Below, in pieces: positions 57,210 through 64,000 of a stretch of DNA of 64,000 nucleotides. Source of the DNA: a virus; the IMG/VR virus record IMGVR_UViG_3300025117_000061, positions 12,111 to 76,110 of that record; one strand, written 5' to 3'. Under the pieces are notes generated by a model. It ran no database searches and was not told the origin of the DNA. It saw only the letters and a list, made by a program, of their open reading frames with translations. Positions within the stretch are counted from its first letter, which is position 1, and each line of letters opens with the position of its first letter. Position numbers and translations under genes: made by a program.

Positions 57210-59054
57210 ATGCGTTCAAGGGCCGTCTTGTTTTTTGCTCTTCTTTTCCTGGCAATGGCTGGATTTTTTGGGGTAAGTAGCAGTGTTAGTGCCGAAAGAC
57301 TGGGATTCTTGGTTTCGGAGCCTGATGGTAGTCCGTCGAAGGCATATGTGCATTCGGTAACGTTGCCCAACGGTTCAGCGAGTGTAGATGCCGGAATCTT
57401 GACCTTGAACATCAGCGAGGCCGCGGCAAGCATCAACACCGAGACCCTATCAGGCAACATAACCCTCGGGGCCACGGATGAGCGCTCCAAGGCCATCCAG
57501 AACCTCGATCCCAATGGTGCCAATCGCAACGTCACGCTCCCGGCCGAGGCATCGGCGTCCGGTCGGTGGTATCAGGTCAAGAACACCGCGACCATCGGGA
57601 CGGCATTCGACTTGCTGGTTAAGGATGATGCCGCGGCAACCATCGCTACGGTGAGCCCTGGAAGCACGGTTTTAGTATGGTGTGACGGAACTACCTGGAA
57701 TATTTGGCAGGGCCTTCCCTTCAATGCCGATGGTACGTGGGCGAGTGATATGGTGCTGACGACCGGGAACGTGTTTTACGGAGTCGGCAATCTGGCCGTC
57801 TCAACATCGCTTGCATCCCTTGCCGAACCTCCACAAACCACGGCATCTCAAGCCGAAGCCGAAGCAGGGACCGAAGCGGCATTGCGCTCGTTTTCGCCGT
57901 TGAGAATCAAGCAAGCCATTGACGCACTGAGCGGGGCGGCCGCCGGCGCAGCCGAGGTCTATGGCAGCGGGTGGAATGCCGACACAACCATGCCCGAGAA
58001 AAACGATATCTATGATTACCTGCACAGTTTTGACGCGGATGATGACGGAAGTTTGGCGGATGAAACATGGTTTACCGGGCCATTGGCAGCCAAGCAGGAC
58101 GTTTTGGTCTACTCCGAAACGGTGGGTGGTGGGGCTGGAGCACTGGATGCCGTGGATGGAGACGACATCACCGTTAATGACATCGCGTTCGTCTCAAAAA
58201 GTGTCCAGGTAGATTCCGGAACAACGGACGGAACGACGGCATCTAAGCTTGTTGACGCCGGCCAGGACTTCCTGACGACGGTCACGGTTGGGGACGTTGT
58301 CGCCAACACCACGGACGGCACCTACGCTGCGGTGACAGCCATTGACGATGACGGGACGCTTTCTCTCTCCGCTGATATCATGACAACCGGAGAAGCTTAT
58401 ACCATCAGCTCTTGGTGGACATTACAATACCAAGTCACACTAAGCAACAAAGCTGAAAGCGATCCAGATGTGGTGGCCCCGGACACGAATCGGAACAACA
58501 AAACCTGGGAACGTCAAAACTGGTGGAAGAATGGGGTCTTTCAGTTTAACACGTTCAAGATTCCGAGCGATACGGCATCCCCGCCCACGGCCTGTACCGA
58601 GGGACAGGTTTACCGGGAGTCGAACACTGATATCAGCCATATGTGTACGGCAACTGGTAACCCTGGGACGTGGAAGCCGTTTCAAGGCCAGCTTCAAAAA
58701 ATCGCTGTCCTGAATTTTTCAGGAGGCGGGACCGATATTACCGACAACACCAAGTCCGATTCATACATTCCAATCGCTGCAACCGTAGCGGGCTGGACCA
58801 TATCGGCTACCGATGCGGCCGGGTGTGATGCCGTGGTGGATATTTGGAACGATGCTTATGCGAATTTCCCTCCTACTGTAGCGGATCAAATCGCAGCAGC
58901 GGCGCACCCGACCTTGAGCGGGGTTCTTTTTAACAAGGACACCACGCTTACGGGGTGGGATACTTCGATTGCGGCCGATTCATGGATACGAGGGAATTAT
59001 GACAGCGGGACATGCACGGGGACAGTGACAGTCACTCTGTTTGGCGTAATGTAG
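57210..59054 (+). CDS. multidomain tail-fibre-like protein with N-terminal signal peptide
   Basis: MRSRAVLFFALLFLAMAGFFGVSSSVSA; LDPNGANRNVTLP, ASQAEAEAGT, VVDIW..YANFPPTVAD domains seen in phage tail proteins. Confidence 0.7.
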   Translation: MRSRAVLFFALLFLAMAGFFGVSSSVSAERLGFLVSEPDGSPSKAYVHSVTLPNGSASVDAGILTLNISEAAASINTETLSGNITLGATDERSKAIQNLDPNGANRNVTLPAEASASGRWYQVKNTATIGTAFDLLVKDDAAATIATVSPGSTVLVWCDGTTWNIWQGLPFNADGTWASDMVLTTGNVFYGVGNLAVSTSLASLAEPPQTTASQAEAEAGTEAALRSFSPLRIKQAIDALSGAAAGAAEVYGSGWNADTTMPEKNDIYDYLHSFDADDDGSLADETWFTGPLAAKQDVLVYSETVGGGAGALDAVDGDDITVNDIAFVSKSVQVDSGTTDGTTASKLVDAGQDFLTTVTVGDVVANTTDGTYAAVTAIDDDGTLSLSADIMTTGEAYTISSWWTLQYQVTLSNKAESDPDVVAPDTNRNNKTWERQNWWKNGVFQFNTFKIPSDTASPPTACTEGQVYRESNTDISHMCTATGNPGTWKPFQGQLQKIAVLNFSGGGTDITDNTKSDSYIPIAATVAGWTISATDAAGCDAVVDIWNDAYANFPPTVADQIAAAAHPTLSGVLFNKDTTLTGWDTSIAADSWIRGNYDSGTCTGTVTVTLFGVM

Positions 59055-59065
59055 GAGACAAGCAC

Positions 59066-59983
59066 ATGAAGAAATTTGCATTTGCCATATTATTTGCGGT
59101 TCTGTTTTCTGCGTCGAGCGTATATGCCACTACTTGGTACGCACAAGATGGTGCAGGGGCCATGAGTACCCGAACATGGAACGATGCAGCCGGTGGGGGC
59201 GGGAACGCGCTTACTTGGGCTAACCGCTTGGCTGGAGACGTGTTTGTTGCCAACGCACAAACCGGGATAGATATTGACACTGACCCTGGTCTTGGAGCTG
59301 GTCAGAACGTCACTATTTCCACGGCCACCAGCGGTGGTGGGTTCACCTATGCGACCGCCACGAATCTCACCATGAACATGAATGTGCAAGGTGGAACCAG
59401 TATTTGTCTTTCTATCACAGGGTCCACGGGTGGTGGGACCATAGTCGGCACCGTAACCGGAGGATCGGTTAATCTTTGCCATGGAGTTTCCGATACCCAT
59501 ACGGTTGTGACTATAAACATTATAGGGAATATTACTGGTGGAGGGAACGGCGCGGCGCGTGGATATTACACTACCGGCGCAGCCTCCATCGTGGCAATTA
59601 CCGGGAACGCTATAGCAGCCACAGCTTCAGGAATTGAAAATTCTGGAACAGGTGGATGGACTATCACCGGCAATTGTTTAGGTCACGATACTACGGCCAA
59701 TGCCGGATGCTTTGCTTCTGGGTCTGGCGGCATTACCGTCACGGGGAATATCGTCAACGGTAAGCGAGGATCGGGGGCTACTGGAGCCATTTATTTTACA
59801 CCAGCGGCGACAAACTATGTTCTGTATCCCAAAAATACATCCTATTCGTTGGGAACAGTGAACGCCAATGCCACAGAGATGCCTGCAGATCCAGGAGTTG
59901 TGAACGTGTTGACCGGGACGACATACGGTACATTCACGGGCACGTTGAGCGCAAGCGGAGTGGCGGGGACCTATGCGTACTAG
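59066..59983 (+). CDS. Gly/Thr-rich beta-solenoid protein with signal peptide
   Basis: MKKFAFAILFAVLFSASSVYA; repeated xITGNxxG; C-terminal P..NV..GTTYG..TGTL. Confidence 0.7.
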   Translation: MKKFAFAILFAVLFSASSVYATTWYAQDGAGAMSTRTWNDAAGGGGNALTWANRLAGDVFVANAQTGIDIDTDPGLGAGQNVTISTATSGGGFTYATATNLTMNMNVQGGTSICLSITGSTGGGTIVGTVTGGSVNLCHGVSDTHTVVTINIIGNITGGGNGAARGYYTTGAASIVAITGNAIAATASGIENSGTGGWTITGNCLGHDTTANAGCFASGSGGITVTGNIVNGKRGSGATGAIYFTPAATNYVLYPKNTSYSLGTVNANATEMPADPGVVNVLTGTTYGTFTGTLSASGVAGTYAY

Positions 59984-62081
59984 ATTGCTTATCGTCTCAT
60001 TTTTTGTCCTATGTCCCCATGTTTTGGCATGGGCATACACTCCACCCATTGGAATACCAGATCCAGGCTCTTGGGGAAGTATTCATCCAATTGATTCTTT
60101 AGCACCAGATACGAATGTTAAGTGCTCATCTTGGCCGTCCGGCGAGTCGCCTGGCTGCTACTATATCGAGGCGAGCCACCTAGATTGCACCGACAGCGGA
60201 AACACATATGGCTATCCCACTCACCCACGTTGCTCAATCCCTGGAGGGACGTTCGGCCCTGGGTCTTATATGGAAATTCAAGGAACTATGGCTTATTCCA
60301 ATGTATATACTCAAACGTGGAATTGCATTGAAGCGGACCCGTGTTGGATTAGAGGTACGTCGGAAGTTAAAGCATACATAACTGGTGAAATGCGATTGAC
60401 AAATAGTGAATATTTATTAATGGAAAACATGGACTTTGATGGGGGCGCAGGTGCAGCCATATCAATTACAGGAAACGGAAATAATATAATAGTAAGAAAC
60501 AGCGACATAAAGAATAGAACGTATCCTGGGGTGCGATTATCTACCATTGGAATTACACCAGATCTAAATGCTACAATAAGCGATGTAGTAATCTACAATG
60601 TCAACTTTCAAAATAACGGAGACTGGCAAGCTACAGGTGATGAGGATTTTACGGGTATCACACCAAATACTTGGGGCCGCAATACGACTACGTTTCTGCA
60701 CCATGTTTGGATATTGAATTGTAATTGGTTCCGGCAAGGAGGTAGTGGCGTAATCATCAATGGGGGACTATACTATGGATCTCATGACAGCCTCCATCAT
60801 ATCTACGTTGGGAGATGTACGGGAAATCAAAACAACCAAGCTCCTGTGTTCGTGAAACAATCGAGTGATGTGATTCTTAGCGAGAACATATTCCACGATC
60901 ATCGATCACACGATACTCATGCACCAGGGGATTGTGCAGGTGCTCAGTATAATCCTAAAAACCTATGGGTGATTTACAACAAGTTCTATGACGCGAATTA
61001 CGGTTTCAGGAATTCGGATAATAGCACGGTAGATAGTGAGGGGGTAACCCACGATTGGTATAGGGATCATTCGATTTATATTATAGGAAACATAATACAT
61101 AATATACATCCAGAGATAAGAAACCCATCTTCTCCCACACGTCAAGGTGTAGCGTTGGCTATGTGGCAAGGAAATAATAATAAATACATAATTGATAATA
61201 CTATATATGACGTGGATGGAGGAATACTAATATATCAAAAAAGTGCTGGTAGCTATGCGTGGATTTACGGAAATATAGTTTCTACTATATATTCTTTGGA
61301 TTGGCAATTTCAAAAATCGTACAACTTCGGAAACGGTAATTGGTGGGCAGATTATAATATATTTTATGATGCTTCCATCGGCACGAGGCTGCATTATGAC
61401 GGAAATACAATCAACGGTATAGACAATTTTGTATCCGCAAGTGGGCAATGTATTGACTGTTTGGATATTGATCCTGAATTCATCATGCCTGGTAGTGATT
61501 TCACGCCTCAATCAGGAAGTGGGGCAATAGGCGCAAATATTGAATCGTCCGTTTATGATACTTTCTTTGGATTGTATGGGCTCTCAATAAAAATAGATCG
61601 GGCCGGAACCGTTCGTCCACAGAATACAACATGGGATATTGGAGCGTATGAATACACTACGGGGGAGACCGATACCACTGATCCAGTCCTTTCCGCCCTC
61701 ATTCCCTCCGGCGCTCAGTCATGCTCGTCCAATCCACGCAACGTCACATTATCCCTCACATGCACCGATGCGGTTGGTTGTACGGCATGTAAGGCTGATA
61801 CGGCAGATGTGGACATAGACTCCATGGCGATTACGCTTACGCAGGGCGGAACCACCTGGAGCGGATCAACCGGGAACTTGGCGTGTGGAGCATCGTACAC
61901 CTACTACGGGAAATGCGAGGACGCCGCCGACAACGAAAGCGCCGCATCGGAGTGGAATTTCAGCATCGCCGCTGCCGTAGCCGCTGCCATCGGTGGGGCC
62001 GGGCTTGATTCCTTGATAGGACCGATTGGTGGGGCGGGGCTTGATTCAACGGTCGGCGCTATTGGTGGGATGGGGAGATAG
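59973..62081 (+). CDS. right-handed beta-helix (pectin-lyase-like) protein with signal peptide
   Basis: MRTRLLIVSFFVLCPHVLAWA; IxGNIIHN/IIDNTIYD coils; DPEF...DF...S.AI...D..G..RP...WDIGAYE cap. Confidence 0.75.
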   Translation: MRTRLLIVSFFVLCPHVLAWAYTPPIGIPDPGSWGSIHPIDSLAPDTNVKCSSWPSGESPGCYYIEASHLDCTDSGNTYGYPTHPRCSIPGGTFGPGSYMEIQGTMAYSNVYTQTWNCIEADPCWIRGTSEVKAYITGEMRLTNSEYLLMENMDFDGGAGAAISITGNGNNIIVRNSDIKNRTYPGVRLSTIGITPDLNATISDVVIYNVNFQNNGDWQATGDEDFTGITPNTWGRNTTTFLHHVWILNCNWFRQGGSGVIINGGLYYGSHDSLHHIYVGRCTGNQNNQAPVFVKQSSDVILSENIFHDHRSHDTHAPGDCAGAQYNPKNLWVIYNKFYDANYGFRNSDNSTVDSEGVTHDWYRDHSIYIIGNIIHNIHPEIRNPSSPTRQGVALAMWQGNNNKYIIDNTIYDVDGGILIYQKSAGSYAWIYGNIVSTIYSLDWQFQKSYNFGNGNWWADYNIFYDASIGTRLHYDGNTINGIDNFVSASGQCIDCLDIDPEFIMPGSDFTPQSGSGAIGANIESSVYDTFFGLYGLSIKIDRAGTVRPQNTTWDIGAYEYTTGETDTTDPVLSALIPSGAQSCSSNPRNVTLSLTCTDAVGCTACKADTADVDIDSMAITLTQGGTTWSGSTGNLACGASYTYYGKCEDAADNESAASEWNFSIAAAVAAAIGGAGLDSLIGPIGGAGLDSTVGAIGGMGR

Positions 62082-62131
62082 TAGATAGAATGAATTTCAA
62101 GGAATTTCAAATATCACACGAAAGGATACCG

Positions 62132-63958
62132 ATGAAAAGAATCACTACTGCCGTTTTTATCTTTTTGACATTCCTCTTTTCAGTTCTCCCCTTCCAAGCA
62201 TCAGCGGTTACCTTCGTCCCGGCAAATGGATCGTCGGAGCTGTCGAACATGTACCTGGGTGAAGGTTACGCTCAGGTAGACACCGAGGCCGAGCTTGCTG
62301 CGGCGATAACGGCAGTGACACCCCGCATTCTGGCACGGGTGGATATCACCTTCACGGGGCCTCACACACTGGCGGCTGGTCAGGTCTACGCCGCCATCCC
62401 CGGGGCGGTCGTCACCACGGCGGGGAACACGTTTGACCTGTCAGCCGGGCATTTAGAGGACAACGGCGGGCAGATGTTTGACGCCGGAGATGGGGAGATC
62501 CTACTTCCAGATGTCTGCGTTGAGGTGCATCCCTATTGGTGGGGCATTACGGGCACCAACGACGAAATTGCCATCAATAAAGCCATGACCGCAGCCGAGC
62601 CTACGGTTAAAGCTATATCTCCCGTGGACAGCCAGTGGGACTATAGTGATTCTGGAAAAGTAGTAATTATGGCGCCAGAATATATTACATCTGGGACGAT
62701 AGAAATTCCTGCCCATGTTACGGTCAGGGGAACAGGGCCGAGAGGTTCTGTTATTACATCAGACTATGACGGGCAAGTGGTAAGGAGCAAGCTTACCACT
62801 TCAATGTATAATTATACGGGTATACGAATTGAAAACATTAAGATATGGGGCGACAAAACGAAAGCTAACCAGGTTGGATTAGATCTACTGCGGATGGATG
62901 AAGGTAAAATATCGACCGTTACTGTCGAAAACTGTGGATCACATGGGATAATATTGCGTGAATGTATCGGAAGTGAAATTGAGGCCTCATCCAAGGGAAA
63001 CGGTGGGGATGGAATATTAATAACCGAAGGCATTAATAGCTGGACAGATCCTACTAATGATAATTATCCATCCAATGGGAATAGAATTCGAGGATATTTC
63101 TCTAGGAACGACGGAGCTGGAATCCATATTTATGACTCCAACGGAAACGTTGTATCAGGTGTAAGTGAATATAATTACTTTGCTAGCGGTGACAATGTAG
63201 GATATAACGTGCTTTTCGATGGAAGTAATGGCAGTTACAACACTATAGAAAACATGTGGACGGAAGGTTGGGTGCAAGCTCATATCTACCATGACAGTCC
63301 TAACGGAAATAATAGAGCCGTTAATTGCCATTTCATATCTAATGGAGCAACTGGGAAGGTGGATCGAGCCGTAATTTCCGCTCAAGGAAAAATGATAATC
63401 GAAAACCCTATCATGCAGCAAAGTCCATTCAAGACTATAAACAGTAGCAATTCCCCTTTTAGGGTTGTTAAGGCAACCACGGGTAAGATTATTTTGGTCG
63501 GCGGGCATATATACCTTAGTCCGACAACTGGCTCCTTTGAGAATGCCGTCGAGGACGAAAACGGCAATCACACGGGACTCGAAAACTATGCCACCGTGTG
63601 GAGTTCTAATTCTGGGACGTGGTATGGTTTAGGAGGTGAATATCGGTATATGACCACTGGGAGCATAGCCAATAGATGGTACGGAGGCACTGGTGGCGCG
63701 TGGGACGCCCAACCATTCATGCAGATTGATAATACATTCGGGCTGCAGATGGGAGCGGGTGGAGCCACGGCGTTGGACGTAGGAATAAAACGTGTTGCGG
63801 CAAATGTCTTGGGGTTGGCGTCTGGTGATGGTTTGGGTGTCGGCAATTCAGTCGCCAACACAAATACTCCGTCCGGAGCCACGGCTAGAGCTGTCCCAAT
63901 TTACGATGAATCCGGAACGCTCCTTGGATATATTCCGGTGTATGCCGTCCAATGGTGA
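62132..63958 (+). CDS. tailspike-like beta-helix protein with signal peptide
   Basis: MKRITTAVFIFLTFLFSVLPFQASA; PYWWG...D..AINKA...VTVRG.G pectate-lyase-3-like start; C-terminal PIYDESGTLLGYIPVY. Confidence 0.75.
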   Translation: MKRITTAVFIFLTFLFSVLPFQASAVTFVPANGSSELSNMYLGEGYAQVDTEAELAAAITAVTPRILARVDITFTGPHTLAAGQVYAAIPGAVVTTAGNTFDLSAGHLEDNGGQMFDAGDGEILLPDVCVEVHPYWWGITGTNDEIAINKAMTAAEPTVKAISPVDSQWDYSDSGKVVIMAPEYITSGTIEIPAHVTVRGTGPRGSVITSDYDGQVVRSKLTTSMYNYTGIRIENIKIWGDKTKANQVGLDLLRMDEGKISTVTVENCGSHGIILRECIGSEIEASSKGNGGDGILITEGINSWTDPTNDNYPSNGNRIRGYFSRNDGAGIHIYDSNGNVVSGVSEYNYFASGDNVGYNVLFDGSNGSYNTIENMWTEGWVQAHIYHDSPNGNNRAVNCHFISNGATGKVDRAVISAQGKMIIENPIMQQSPFKTINSSNSPFRVVKATTGKIILVGGHIYLSPTTGSFENAVEDENGNHTGLENYATVWSSNSGTWYGLGGEYRYMTTGSIANRWYGGTGGAWDAQPFMQIDNTFGLQMGAGGATALDVGIKRVAANVLGLASGDGLGVGNSVANTNTPSGATARAVPIYDESGTLLGYIPVYAVQW

Positions 63959-64000
63959 TGCATCTCGGGGCATCCGGCCAACCCGGAGCCCCACCCTTTA

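Noticed and set aside
54974-63958. Diversity-generating retroelement acting on tail genes
   Set aside because: No reverse transcriptase and no template/variable repeat pair seen in the window.
1-64000. Alternative genetic code or stop-codon reassignment
   Set aside because: Core genes are full length in the standard code and end in all three stop codons.

Overview
The window is most of a tailed dsDNA bacteriophage genome (Caudoviricetes), probably of podovirus morphotype. It has a portal, scaffold, major capsid protein, adaptor, nozzle, ejection proteins and spikes, with no tape-measure or tail-tube gene. No host housekeeping genes, integrase, CI repressor, tRNA or CRISPR array were seen. 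Layout: (1) 1-15.7 kb, + strand: recombination and replication arm (YqaJ exonuclease plus putative annealing protein, Gp37/Gp68 protein, PD-(D/E)XK nuclease, primase-polymerase/helicase with an internal iteron origin, SSB, HU/IHF-like protein, resolvase-like nuclease) and many small Cys-rich ORFs. (2) 15.8-22.2 kb, - strand: array of small early-type genes behind a near-consensus sigma70 promoter, built from repeated hairpin-CAACCACA-SD units. (3) 22.4-34.6 kb: putative terminase small subunit, then an accessory block with a second Rep-like gene and palindromic iterons, a TrmH/SpoU methyltransferase, a phage sigma factor, and membrane/lipoproteins. (4) 34.6-64 kb: packaging, head and tail genes. 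The most unusual observation is four consecutive tail-fibre/tailspike-like genes (57.2-64.0 kb) that all begin with apparent Sec signal peptides, while the upstream virion-anchored spike has none. All calls come from motif recognition by eye; no database searches were run.
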